Sequence record: MZ475892.1
Direction: 5' to 3' (one strand)
DNA length: 64,000 bases
In this document: positions 18,012 to 27,359 of the stretch, one piece after another
Numbering within the stretch: the first letter of the stretch is position 1
Layout: each line of letters starts with the position of its first letter
The notes under the pieces: model-generated
What the model was told of the DNA's origin: nothing
Database searches by the model: none
What the model saw: the letters and a program-made list of their open reading frames with translations, nothing else
Program-made: the position numbers and the translations under genes

Positions 18012-19076
18012 ATGACCGACATTAGAAGCAAAACAGCCTACGAATATCTGCACGACACCTATCTTGAAAACAATTTCTTTGTTGGCGTTCCTCGATCTAA
18101 ACTCACGGCAAAGTTTCAAGAGTACCTGAAGACAACTAACGGTAGGCTGCATCGTCATGGTCTTCCTCTCGCTGACTTTATGACGTGGGCCAACATGCGT
18201 CCTGAGATCAAAAAGGGCGAACAGCAATTTGATGCCGCTATGAGACTGCACAAACTTTCCTTTGATGCAGCCACCGTGTACACACAATTCGTATGGTCGT
18301 TTACCAAAGGTGTGTTCAAGATCGATCAAGAGATATGGAAGCATCTTGCAGAAGGTGAGCCACCCAAGATACTGCCTTCTGATACGCTCAAGCGTTTGCC
18401 TAACTGGTCACAGTGGTTAGATACATCGCTGAGAATGGTGCGCCACGATAGCGCCAGTGACACGCTGTTTGCTTTGACCACTGAAGGCTTCTGGTCAACT
18501 TACCTGTGCTATGATCATCAAAACAGAACGCACATGTTCCTCGTAGCGCCTACCGTTATGCAAATAGGCAAAGAGAGTTTCATCGCAACCACTCTGGTTA
18601 TGTTTGACATAACAAAAGACCATGAGATGGAAGACAACATGGATTGGCAAATCACTGCCACATCAACTGACGGTCAAACTTCCGTGCGCTTTACGAAAGA
18701 GCATGAAATATACGGCAAGATACTTGACGGTTTGGTTAGTGCTTGGATTGATTCTGCTGTCAATGCGTTGTTGTTCGTCGCTTCATCCGTTGATAACGTT
18801 TATAAAGGAGGTGTAAAGGGAATCGTCCCCCGCAAACAAGGTAAGACGTTCAAAGTTCTACCGATACGTGACGTGCGTGTATGGCATGTAGGTTCAGAGT
18901 TGCTTAACGAGATACGCCAGTATGAATCTGATGTAGCCTCAGAGAGTTCTCAGAATCGTCGTGCTCACATTCGTCGTGGTCATTATCATAACTACTGGTA
19001 TGGCCCACGTGATGGTGAACGTGTACTAAAGGCCAAATGGCTTCCGCCGTGTGTCGTTCGAGGCACCGCAGAGTAA
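18012..19076 (+). CDS. AcrVA2/FinQ-family protein
   Basis: W..TKGVFKID.EI, LKRLPNWSQWLD, GFWSTY and C-terminal RAHIRRGHYHNYWYG...KWLPP are colinear with AcrVA2 motifs as recalled (WRNTLGIYQLDEEI, LNLPDWCVYVD, GFWAIY, PHIRRGHWHGYWQG...RWQP). Confidence 0.75.
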   Translation: MTDIRSKTAYEYLHDTYLENNFFVGVPRSKLTAKFQEYLKTTNGRLHRHGLPLADFMTWANMRPEIKKGEQQFDAAMRLHKLSFDAATVYTQFVWSFTKGVFKIDQEIWKHLAEGEPPKILPSDTLKRLPNWSQWLDTSLRMVRHDSASDTLFALTTEGFWSTYLCYDHQNRTHMFLVAPTVMQIGKESFIATTLVMFDITKDHEMEDNMDWQITATSTDGQTSVRFTKEHEIYGKILDGLVSAWIDSAVNALLFVASSVDNVYKGGVKGIVPRKQGKTFKVLPIRDVRVWHVGSELLNEIRQYESDVASESSQNRRAHIRRGHYHNYWYGPRDGERVLKAKWLPPCVVRGTAE

Positions 19077-19125
19077 TCACAATCAACCGTATCTTCCATA
19101 AAGGCGTTTAGCCTAGGAGAATCTT

Positions 19126-19884
19126 ATGTCAAGAGTACAAACGTTGTTCATCCCTGAAGTTGAACGTTTTGAAGCGTATGTTAAGTCGTTGCTGCACATG
19201 GCACGCACGCTAGATAACAGCGGTCGTCAATATAACCGCACGAAACATGTAGTCGTCGTCGGCTCAACAACCCGCACAGTCGAAGCCTACGTCAAAACAA
19301 CAATCGGCTCTAACACAGTTCCAGATGGCGTTTTCTGCCTCGGACTGAACCAAGCGCCTGACCTTTATAAGAAATATGACTTCGGCTCGGCTCATGTTGT
19401 ACTGATGTTCGATCTGATGTATACGTCGGAGAGTGCAATCCAATCACTCGCCCACAGACTGTTTGATATTATCCTGACACTCAAGCAGCGCCCAGAAGAC
19501 AGAGAACTGAAAAACCTTCCGATACATATCGTCGGCCAGAACTGGAAGGTGTGGGACGCTATGATGGAGTCCGGCGCAGGCAACGCAGCAAACTACGAAT
19601 GCTATTCTAAGGGATTGCAGTTTGCGCCCAATCAAACTTTCGAAACAGCCTCATGCATCACGTTTGATCAGCTACTCACGCAGGACCCGAACACTTACGC
19701 CAAGCACGACATTTCGATTGGCCGAGAGTTCACCGTGATTGATCATGCTACGCTGATTCAAAAACTCCATAACATCAAATGGGTGTTGCAGTCAGGCCAG
19801 ACACAACACAAACTCATCCTCGACCACGCGTTTCAGCGCATTTTGTTCGAGCAATATCTCTGCTATGAGTTTCAGGGTCTTTAA
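19126..19884 (+). CDS. hypothetical protein
   Basis: 252-aa ORF, AGGAG SD. Confidence 0.75.
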   Translation: MSRVQTLFIPEVERFEAYVKSLLHMARTLDNSGRQYNRTKHVVVVGSTTRTVEAYVKTTIGSNTVPDGVFCLGLNQAPDLYKKYDFGSAHVVLMFDLMYTSESAIQSLAHRLFDIILTLKQRPEDRELKNLPIHIVGQNWKVWDAMMESGAGNAANYECYSKGLQFAPNQTFETASCITFDQLLTQDPNTYAKHDISIGREFTVIDHATLIQKLHNIKWVLQSGQTQHKLILDHAFQRILFEQYLCYEFQGL

Positions 19885-20009
19885 GAATAATCTTAGTCCG
19901 CTAACTAATTTAAAAACGTTGGCAAGTAGTGCTGACGTCTAGTTATCGGAGACATAACGTGTACGAACGTAGCCTCGTGCGATTGAAGTACCACGCCAGA
20001 GCACACCTC

Positions 20010-20018
20010 TGGTATAAT
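20010..20018 (+). promoter_or_regulatory. extended -10 promoter TGGTATAAT
   Basis: TGn+TATAAT in a 400-bp intergenic region. Confidence 0.55.
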
Positions 20019-20024
20019 AATACA

Positions 20025-20265
20025 GAACACGCTTGCAGTGAGCGGAAGGCTACTAATGTGCAATGTGAACAGTTCTTGGAAGCAACCAAGAACTGTCGCT
20101 CTGTGCAGGAGTCGCCTAGTGTTGTTTCTTTCTACTCAGGAGCCGAGCTTGTTGGTCAAGCAATATGGCAGCATGATGCAGACAGTGACAGCACACTTCA
20201 ATTCCGGCTTCTACTTGCGTAACATCCTAAAGGGCTTTCAGATACCTCTGGCGGCCCTTTATCAT
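20025..20265 (+). ncRNA. candidate structured ncRNA / long 5' leader
   Basis: rod 20047-20117 with perfect 11-bp core, multibranch domain 20138-20212, hairpin 20229-20260; no convincing ORF. Confidence 0.5.
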
Positions 20266-20286
20266 TTCAATACACGGAGAAAGCCA

Positions 20287-20553
20287 ATGTCTGTTCAGAT
20301 TCAACTGTCCGAGAAAAACCTCGACGATATTATGCAGCACTCCACCAGCCGCATCAGCCTGTCTGAGTTGAATGCGCGTCTGGCGCAAGATGAAATCATC
20401 ATGCAGGACGTTCCACCAGCACGTCCTGCAGGCGCTGGTGTGCCTATCACTGTCGTGCGTGATATTGTTGACCGCTATCTGGAGCTGATTCGCAATCCAG
20501 GTCCGATTGACGGTCAATGGCAGCCGCAAGAATACGCTATCGTGCAATACTGA
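20287..20553 (+). CDS. hypothetical protein
   Basis: 88-aa ORF with GGAG SD (3' part of track ORF 20038..20553). Confidence 0.7.
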   Translation: MSVQIQLSEKNLDDIMQHSTSRISLSELNARLAQDEIIMQDVPPARPAGAGVPITVVRDIVDRYLELIRNPGPIDGQWQPQEYAIVQY

Positions 20554-20557
20554 TCTC

Positions 20558-20588
20558 ATGGGTGCCTTAGGGCGCCCATATTCGTTTA
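20558..20588 (+). terminator. probable intrinsic terminator
   Basis: ATGGGTGCC/GGCGCCCAT stem + ATTCGTTT. Confidence 0.6.
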
Positions 20589-20627
20589 TATGCTAATTTC
20601 TACCTACATTCAACTAGGAGAGACAGC

Positions 20628-21287
20628 ATGAAAATATTCGTTTCGCTGTCGGCCCCACAAAAACAAAAAGAACCGCCGATTGTAACTGAATCTGATCAAA
20701 AGAATCCTCGCGTAAACGATAACAGCAAACTCGGTCAAGTGTTTGATGTGTTCGTGCTCCAGCAAATGTCCTATCTCGATATGAAAGAGATTCGTGGCTC
20801 TGCTGGTCCAAAGTACGCGCAGGTTATTGCCGACTGGCTTAACAGCCAACGCAGTATCGACAATAAGTTCCGTGTGTCTAAGCGCAGTAAGATCTCTATT
20901 GCTGTCAAGAACACTCAACAGCTTGCCGCTCGCTATACGGACATTTACCTGTTGAGTCCTGAGAGCAATAAAGAGCGTTCGTGGTTGCTTAAAGGCGAAG
21001 GCCCACAAGGCAACAACAAGACGATTGAGATTGGTCGTAATCTCTTATTAGACGTCCTATATGCTTCTGCTCTGACGTTGCTTGGTGCACACCTCGTAAC
21101 AGAAGAATGGCCAGGCAACAGCACGTATGATCAAGTGTTGTTTGAAATGGACAAGCGAAGCAAACGTGGTAAAAGGATTGGTAAGCGCTACCCACGCATT
21201 GCCAAAGAAAATGAAAACACACTAATCACGATGATGCAGGACGGGTTGTCTATTGCAGAAATCACCGATTGGGTTCTGAAACAGTAA
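20628..21287 (+). CDS. hypothetical protein
   Basis: 219-aa ORF, AGGAG SD. Confidence 0.75.
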   Translation: MKIFVSLSAPQKQKEPPIVTESDQKNPRVNDNSKLGQVFDVFVLQQMSYLDMKEIRGSAGPKYAQVIADWLNSQRSIDNKFRVSKRSKISIAVKNTQQLAARYTDIYLLSPESNKERSWLLKGEGPQGNNKTIEIGRNLLLDVLYASALTLLGAHLVTEEWPGNSTYDQVLFEMDKRSKRGKRIGKRYPRIAKENENTLITMMQDGLSIAEITDWVLKQ

Positions 21288-21296
21288 GAGGAATCT

Positions 21297-22109
21297 ATGT
21301 CACTCGTAAAACTTCAAGGCGTCCCGTCCTTGTCCGCGCCTACCAAGGCCCAGAAAGATGCAGCTATATATATGTTTGGCTCTAAAGGCCATTCTATCGT
21401 TGCTGTGTTGGATAAATTCAGTCGTGCCGAAGAAGTGCGTGCACCGCATCTCGATGGTCTATTGAAGCTGATGAAGGAAGGCGAAGATGATGAGATCATC
21501 AAATTCGTTTCATCTGCTGCTGGTAAGAAAGCTCTGGCTAACGCGAAAGCATTCGCCGTTGCAAAGACACTGACAGCAAGCATCAAAGCGCTTAAACTGA
21601 TTCGCGTTCCAATGAAGTGGATCGACGGTCACTCGGATGTTGCTGCTGCACGCAACGAAGAAACCAAAGAGATTCGCGCACGCAAGACTGCTGGCAATCG
21701 TCCTGAGAAGCCTATCAAGCTCGATAACCCGCAAGCGCCTGCACCTGTTACTCCTAAGGCCAAGCCTGTTCACATCCCGTCTGGCAAGTCTGCTGATACG
21801 CTGGTGGATGAGATGGGTGATATTCCTGCGCGTAAGATCTCAGGCAAGAGTATGCAACAGCGTGAGGAATATTTGAATGCTCTGGGCTTCGTTATCCAGC
21901 GCAATATTCCGCGTGCAAAAGTCAACGTCTCGGCTGACAGCGTTATGGTAACTAAAGGCTCCAAGATTTATACCATTGCACTGACGCCACAAGCGTGGAC
22001 GCTGCAAGAAGGTGTGACTAAGAAGCCTAAGCGCATCGGCACAACGTTCGACGTTGTTGCTATACTGTCTGCGATTGATCCTTCGTTCGCTTCGGTCCTG
22101 ATGAAGTAA
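21297..22109 (+). CDS. hypothetical basic protein
   Basis: 270-aa K/A-rich ORF, GAGG SD. Confidence 0.75.
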   Translation: MSLVKLQGVPSLSAPTKAQKDAAIYMFGSKGHSIVAVLDKFSRAEEVRAPHLDGLLKLMKEGEDDEIIKFVSSAAGKKALANAKAFAVAKTLTASIKALKLIRVPMKWIDGHSDVAAARNEETKEIRARKTAGNRPEKPIKLDNPQAPAPVTPKAKPVHIPSGKSADTLVDEMGDIPARKISGKSMQQREEYLNALGFVIQRNIPRAKVNVSADSVMVTKGSKIYTIALTPQAWTLQEGVTKKPKRIGTTFDVVAILSAIDPSFASVLMK

Positions 22110-22113
22110 CAAC

Positions 22114-22143
22114 AAAAGGGTGGCCTAAGGGTCGCCCTTTTTC
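22114..22143 (+). terminator. intrinsic terminator
   Basis: AAAAGGGTGGCC/GGTCGCCCTTTT. Confidence 0.85.
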
Positions 22144-22364
22144 GATCTATTTGCGTGCCAATCGTAAATAACCTTTCCTCTGCGTTGCCTCTTCTACTCC
22201 TGCCTCGACGCCCACACGCTGCATACTCATTCCATTTGTCTCTACTAACTCTGGCTCTAACTCAAAACTTGCCTCAGTTTCCTGCTAACCTGATCGCTAA
22301 TTCCTATCTGCAAGCCAAGTTCTTGCATACGCAAATTTGCTATTAGGTTAAGAGGAATATTCCC

Positions 22365-24203
22365 ATGATTGAAGTAAACTGTTTCGCAGATTTACGCACT
22401 ACCGCTCCAGCAAAGGCTGGCGACATGGCGTTACTGAAACGTTACTATGACAAAGACAGTTCGTTTCGTGGGGGCGGCTACTTCATCGGCTTTCCGCAGA
22501 CAAAAGATCTGCCCGCAGATGATGGTGGCATCACGGCAGTAGATGCAAACAAAAGTTTCTTCTGGAAGCGTGTTGTGAATGACCCAGAAGAGATTAACCT
22601 GTTCCACTTTGGTGGTCGCTGCGACGGTAAGACAGATGACAGTGACGCGTTCCTGCGTAACTTCATGTGGACGTGCAAGTCTTCTGATGGCAACGATACT
22701 ATCGGTGTGCGCTTCCCAACAGGCACAACGTTGATCAACCCTATCGATCTTACTCACTTGGGTGAGATACCTGTGTTCGCTATCTATGGTGACACACGTT
22801 CTGATAAGGGCTGGCGTCCTCGTGTCAAGCTGATCAGTAACCAAGGCGAAGCTACTGTATTCAAGTTCAATGCACGCCGCACTATTGTTCGTGGCCTGAA
22901 CTGGAACGGTCAGTGCTATCCTGTGAAGGACGGCAAGAAGGTAGACGTGTCCACGATCGTGGGTGCTGTCATGCCTGAGCAGCGTTCGAACAATCAGATC
23001 TTCCTTGAGAACATCTGTACGATGGGTCAGTACATTGGCATACAGTGCTTCCGTGCTGAGAGCAACGGCGGATCTGCATTGAAGTTCCAAGACACCATCG
23101 ATACTTCTATCACAGAGATCTACGGCAGCAAGAGCTATGGTGCTGTGATTGAAGCCAAGTGGTCGAACACAGTGCAGGCAGGTTGGAACCACTCTACTGC
23201 TGTGCGCTTAGAGAACGGTAACTTCCAGTACGGCTACGGCCCTGCTGTGTTAGACATGCCGCGTATGACTCAGGCGTTCATGAAGAACGTCTGGATTGAG
23301 CACACGCGATTCCCAGGTAATATGAACGATGGTCAATGGGTGCTTGAAGGTAACTCGATTGAGAGTTCTGACAACCCACTCAATCTGGCTAACACTCGTT
23401 GTGTGATCAACGGCTACTACTTCCAAGGCGTTGGTACAATGAACTTGGAACGTGCGTCAAGCCCTGACAACTGGCTGAGTGGCTACGAGCGCGGCAACAT
23501 TCGTACTGAGACGTACGGTATCATCATGACCGATTCCTGCTTCCGCGCAGGATACTACACGGGCTATAAGATTACCAACAATACAGATCAGGACAAATGG
23601 TTCTATCTGGGCAGCTACTCATTCCCGAAAGTGAATCAAGTGTGGCAGATTGAACTGCTGGGTACTGCACCAAACGTTGTGCCTAACACGAAGCTGCAAC
23701 AGCCTACGCAGATGGACGGCATGGGTCGTCGTGTTATCACAATGCAACGCTGCATCTCACCGCAGAAGAAAGTGTATGCCGATATGCACATGGAAGGAAC
23801 GGACGCAATCGCCGATGTTGTGTACCAGCGCCTGTGGGAAGACTACGGCAAGGTGTGGGTTAAGCTGAAAGCCAACAGTGGCGATACTATCTTCAACCTG
23901 ACCACCACTGGTCCAACTCGTTTCGAAGCAGGTGTTTGTACATTGTTCAGCGACGGTCCAATTGAATGCGTGGATCCCGTTCTGACCGAGATGACAACCA
24001 GTGTCGAAAAGAATCAGAAGGACTATGCGCGACCTCAGGCTCGTTTCAGTTTGCACAATGGCCTTGCAGGTGTAGGCGCAAACGAGCAGGGTCTCATCAC
24101 TATTCAAACCAAAGACGCTACAGCACCGAAAGATACCACTAAGCCTGCTGGCTATGTGAGTGTCAATATCAACGGTGTTGATCGTCTCTTGCCTTACTAC
24201 TAA
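22365..24203 (+). CDS. amsF: AmsF/WceF-like exopolysaccharide-modifying protein (tailspike-like beta-helix)
   Basis: N-terminus EVNCFADLRTT...LKRYYDKDSSFRGGG matches my recollection of Erwinia AmsF; beta-helix-like composition; phage-fibre-like C-terminus. Confidence 0.7.
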   Translation: MIEVNCFADLRTTAPAKAGDMALLKRYYDKDSSFRGGGYFIGFPQTKDLPADDGGITAVDANKSFFWKRVVNDPEEINLFHFGGRCDGKTDDSDAFLRNFMWTCKSSDGNDTIGVRFPTGTTLINPIDLTHLGEIPVFAIYGDTRSDKGWRPRVKLISNQGEATVFKFNARRTIVRGLNWNGQCYPVKDGKKVDVSTIVGAVMPEQRSNNQIFLENICTMGQYIGIQCFRAESNGGSALKFQDTIDTSITEIYGSKSYGAVIEAKWSNTVQAGWNHSTAVRLENGNFQYGYGPAVLDMPRMTQAFMKNVWIEHTRFPGNMNDGQWVLEGNSIESSDNPLNLANTRCVINGYYFQGVGTMNLERASSPDNWLSGYERGNIRTETYGIIMTDSCFRAGYYTGYKITNNTDQDKWFYLGSYSFPKVNQVWQIELLGTAPNVVPNTKLQQPTQMDGMGRRVITMQRCISPQKKVYADMHMEGTDAIADVVYQRLWEDYGKVWVKLKANSGDTIFNLTTTGPTRFEAGVCTLFSDGPIECVDPVLTEMTTSVEKNQKDYARPQARFSLHNGLAGVGANEQGLITIQTKDATAPKDTTKPAGYVSVNINGVDRLLPYY

Positions 24204-24208
24204 CAGAC

Positions 24209-24227
24209 GAGGGGCGCAATGCCCCTC
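24209..24227 (+). terminator. GC-rich hairpin after amsF-like gene
   Basis: GAGGGGC/GCCCCTC stem; no U-tract. Confidence 0.45.
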
Positions 24228-24297
24228 AACTAAGTCAAATCTCTGTACTCTCCCTAACTCAAATAAGATACGCCGCACAGCGTACTAAGCACTAATA

Positions 24298-24342
24298 AGG
24301 TCAAAATGACCATTCTCTGCTATATGCTGCCTATGCTATAAT
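24298..24342 (+). promoter_or_regulatory. early promoter (WGG..AAAT class)
   Basis: AGGTCAAAAT; 33 nt from hexamer to TATAAT; TGC extended -10. Confidence 0.75.
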
Positions 24343-24388
24343 AGTTGCGAGCGCATTGCTCAATACAATCATGCTGAGGAGCATAACA

Positions 24389-24730
24389 ATGAACGCATCT
24401 ACTTTCGATTTCTCTATCATCTGCACCGAGAGCTTCAACATTAACGAGCTGAACAAAATCGCCGTTGAGCTGAACAAGCTGATCACCAACTCGCAGATCA
24501 AAATTGAAGCCGTAGAGATTGATGATGAAGGCGCCGAGTGTATTCTTCTGGCTGTCGGTCTTGATGAAGACGGCGAAGAGACTGGCGACAACGGCTACTC
24601 CCTGCATCTGGACAACGGCGACTATCAGATCGTATATCTCGGCGTGCCGCATCCTGACTTCGATAAGCACGAACTTGCGACCAGCGACTTTGAGTTGTTC
24701 ATCAAATCAGTGAACGGCCTTGAGTTCTAA
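24389..24730 (+). CDS. small acidic protein
   Basis: 113 aa, about 24 D/E vs 5 K/R; GAGGAG SD. Confidence 0.8.
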   Translation: MNASTFDFSIICTESFNINELNKIAVELNKLITNSQIKIEAVEIDDEGAECILLAVGLDEDGEETGDNGYSLHLDNGDYQIVYLGVPHPDFDKHELATSDFELFIKSVNGLEF

Positions 24731-24750
24731 TCACTAATCTGGAGTCTAGT

Positions 24751-25104
24751 ATGCGCCCTAACGCCGCAGCACATCTCGCCGCATCTCTTGCCTTGTTTGC
24801 GAAACGTAACCGTAGAGCAAAATTCACTATCTCTACAAAATCGATAATTCAAGCGACTGATATGGGGACTGGTGCCTATATACCTGATCTATTCATTATG
24901 CAATTAGACCTAGAGTTGCGTCTACGTGGTTACATCCTGATTAAACAGGAGGAGACAAACTACATGATAATGAAAGCTAGACCCCGCAATCATGGCCTTC
25001 GCATTTCTTCAAATCATATAGATGAATATATGAACCTGCCCCTTGAGGTAGTCGATCTTCAACTCTCTGAGGCGTTGGACACAGAAGACACAGAAGAAGA
25101 CTAA
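24751..25104 (+). CDS. hypothetical protein
   Basis: 117-aa ORF, GGAG SD. Confidence 0.7.
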   Translation: MRPNAAAHLAASLALFAKRNRRAKFTISTKSIIQATDMGTGAYIPDLFIMQLDLELRLRGYILIKQEETNYMIMKARPRNHGLRISSNHIDEYMNLPLEVVDLQLSEALDTEDTEED

Positions 25105-25112
25105 CACTAATC

Positions 25113-25156
25113 TGGCAGAAATCGCCGTTGTGTTTAGACGCTCAACGGCATACTAT
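25113..25156 (+). promoter_or_regulatory. early promoter (WGG..AAAT class)
   Basis: TGGCAGAAAT; 32 nt to TACTAT; GCCGTTG/CAACGGC inverted repeat in spacer. Confidence 0.7.
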
Positions 25157-25205
25157 TATGTCTCTAGCGCAATGACGCGCTACAACAACGAAAGAGAGAA
25201 ACAAC

Positions 25206-25460
25206 ATGAGCGAAGACGTTAAAGTAACAATCGATTTAGTAGCTGACTTTGTATCACGCACCGAAGTTGTGTTTGAAGACGGTCAATCATCTAATGACTG
25301 GCTCGCGCCGTATGATCTGCGCCTGAACGTAACTGAGCCTCAAGGGCCGAACGGCTACCCCGAAGTTGAAATCGTCGGCCAGCGCGATAACGTCTTGCGC
25401 TTCTTTGATGAGCAGATGCCTGACAGCGACATTACAGAAGACTCGCTTGAATCTGCCTAA
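25206..25460 (+). CDS. small acidic protein
   Basis: 84 aa, about 20 D/E vs 5 K/R. Confidence 0.8.
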   Translation: MSEDVKVTIDLVADFVSRTEVVFEDGQSSNDWLAPYDLRLNVTEPQGPNGYPEVEIVGQRDNVLRFFDEQMPDSDITEDSLESA

Positions 25461-25475
25461 GCAACAAACAACACT

Positions 25476-25503
25476 GTGGCGTTACGGCACCACTTTTCTA
25501 TTT
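25476..25503 (+). terminator. probable intrinsic terminator
   Basis: GTGG..CCAC imperfect stem + TTTTCTATTT. Confidence 0.5.
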
Positions 25504-25519
25504 CTGATCTGAGGTCAAT

Positions 25520-26059
25520 ATGAAACAAAAATTCTTATTCTTGCGCATGAGCCGACACGAGCTGAATCAGCATTTGTTTTTACTTCGTGGCATGAGCCGT
25601 GAGCGTCTTGAATCATTTACTGGCATTATCGCCGTTGTCAAAGACGATACGACGATGGCGAACATCGATGATACTGACCTGTATTATTTCAGCGAAGTAA
25701 CAGCCGAAGAGACAACATCAGAGACGCAACAAACCTGGTGGAACCTGATTCATTACTACGACAATCAGATTGCTATCGGCTCACTCCCACGTATAGAGCC
25801 GCTGCTGCCTGACGATTTAGTTGAGCGCATCAAAACAACTCGCAGCAATCGCTTCTACTACGAGTTCGATACGCAAATGCCAGAAGTGTTGGCCACTGTT
25901 GATCTTGACCTACACTTCTTGCCGTCTGCCGCTCAGCCTCGTGTGAAGAAGCCTAAAGAAGAACAGCCAGAAGTTAATCCCCTGGCCGCATACACAGTCG
26001 AACAACTGTGTGCCGAACTGCGTACTCGCCTGAGTGCAAAAATCACTATCGAATTTTAA
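25520..26059 (+). CDS. hypothetical protein
   Basis: 179-aa ORF, GAGG SD. Confidence 0.75.
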   Translation: MKQKFLFLRMSRHELNQHLFLLRGMSRERLESFTGIIAVVKDDTTMANIDDTDLYYFSEVTAEETTSETQQTWWNLIHYYDNQIAIGSLPRIEPLLPDDLVERIKTTRSNRFYYEFDTQMPEVLATVDLDLHFLPSAAQPRVKKPKEEQPEVNPLAAYTVEQLCAELRTRLSAKITIEF

Positions 26060-26076
26060 TCAACTAGCACAGGGAC

Positions 26077-26706
26077 GTGCCTCTAACTGAGATCAAAACT
26101 ATGTTCACCAAAGCATTCTTCTTCAAAACTAACTACTCTGTATTGGCCGAAGGTGAGTTCGCGCTGCCTGTTGACTCACTGACCTCTCTCGTCAACTCGC
26201 GTATTTTCATCTGCATCACAGAAGACAACCTGCGCTTCGCACTGACCAACATCACTGTGCAGCCGATTCGCAATGGCTTCTTGCGCGTTGGCTTCGAGCC
26301 GAAGACTGACGTGAATGCAATCACTACTCCAATCATCACGCCTAAAACGATGTGGAGCGAATATGATTTTGATGCGTGCAGTGTTGAAAACATCCCGTCA
26401 TTCAATATCAGTACGCATGAAGACAAGAACAACGAACAACTGATTGCACTGTCATATGACCTTCGTATGGCTCTCATGCATTATCGTGAAGGCATGTACT
26501 GCGTGACCGACATCGTTTTGCGCCTGCATGAGCATGGCATCTTTGTCGTAGATATTGATCAGAATCTCAAGGTTGCTCTCTCGCCTATCGCCGTGCTTAG
26601 CGAACGACCTACACATGCGGTCAGTCTGAGTAAAGACAACGGTGTGCTGTCTCGCATTGATGACTTCGAACTGCCTGATCTCGCCAAACTGATCGTCCTA
26701 CTGTAA
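26077..26706 (+). CDS. hypothetical protein
   Basis: 209-aa ORF; start GTG 26077 or ATG 26101. Confidence 0.7.
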   Translation: MPLTEIKTMFTKAFFFKTNYSVLAEGEFALPVDSLTSLVNSRIFICITEDNLRFALTNITVQPIRNGFLRVGFEPKTDVNAITTPIITPKTMWSEYDFDACSVENIPSFNISTHEDKNNEQLIALSYDLRMALMHYREGMYCVTDIVLRLHEHGIFVVDIDQNLKVALSPIAVLSERPTHAVSLSKDNGVLSRIDDFELPDLAKLIVLL

Positions 26707-26718
26707 ACAAACAACTCT

Positions 26719-26748
26719 AGCCTCGCATCGTGCGGGGCTTTCTGCTTT
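26719..26748 (+). terminator. probable intrinsic terminator
   Basis: AGCCTCGCA/TGCGGGGCT stem + TTCTGCTTT. Confidence 0.65.
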
Positions 26749-26758
26749 GGAGAATACC

Positions 26759-27019
26759 ATGTATCAATATGACCGCGATGAATTGAATGATCTGCCGCTT
26801 GACGTGCTGCATAGCGAAGCTGAAAAGCGTGGCTTGCTCGCTGACCTGGACGACGATGATGATTGTCCTGACCGTGCAGTGCTGGTGGGCATGATCATTG
26901 ATGATCAGAACGAGCGCAATGCCGAAGACGAAGAGGAAGAGCAGCGCCGTCAGATGCAAGATGACGCTGACGATCACCGTCGCATGTTAGACGAACGCGA
27001 CGGCTCAGACGACTGCTAA
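26759..27019 (+). CDS. small acidic protein with HeH/Rho-N-like helix pair
   Basis: ELNDLPLDVLHSEAEKRGL...DRAVLVGMII; acidic tail. Confidence 0.7.
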   Translation: MYQYDRDELNDLPLDVLHSEAEKRGLLADLDDDDDCPDRAVLVGMIIDDQNERNAEDEEEEQRRQMQDDADDHRRMLDERDGSDDC

Positions 27020-27020
27020 C

Positions 27021-27359
27021 ATGCTATACTCTGGGCAGCAATACGATACACTCAGTCCTGACCAGTTGAATGAGTGTTTCAATCTGATTGAAAGTTGCAT
27101 GGTGGCCTCTGGCTGCCGTGGCTTTCAGATAGTGTTATCACCATCTGGTCATGGCGATTGTCGTAGCGTCGTCCACATTCAGCACCCACAGTATGCAGGT
27201 CACATTGAGTTCCCCTCAGTTGACCGTGATACTTTTCGTGTAACACTCGTCGCAACACGCGGTTGCTATGACAGCCGCACAGTGTTCGTACCAAATTCAG
27301 ATACAGCCTATTCAGTGATAGGTCTGTATCTCTCAAACTTTATAGGGGCTACAAAATGA
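27021..27359 (+). CDS. hypothetical protein
   Basis: 112-aa ORF. Confidence 0.65.
   Translation: MLYSGQQYDTLSPDQLNECFNLIESCMVASGCRGFQIVLSPSGHGDCRSVVHIQHPQYAGHIEFPSVDRDTFRVTLVATRGCYDSRTVFVPNSDTAYSVIGLYLSNFIGATK

Noticed and set aside
20197-20212. TTCAATTCC resembling a tRNA/tmRNA T-loop
   Set aside because: No G53-C61 closing pair, acceptor stem or CCA end; no tRNA or tmRNA called in the window
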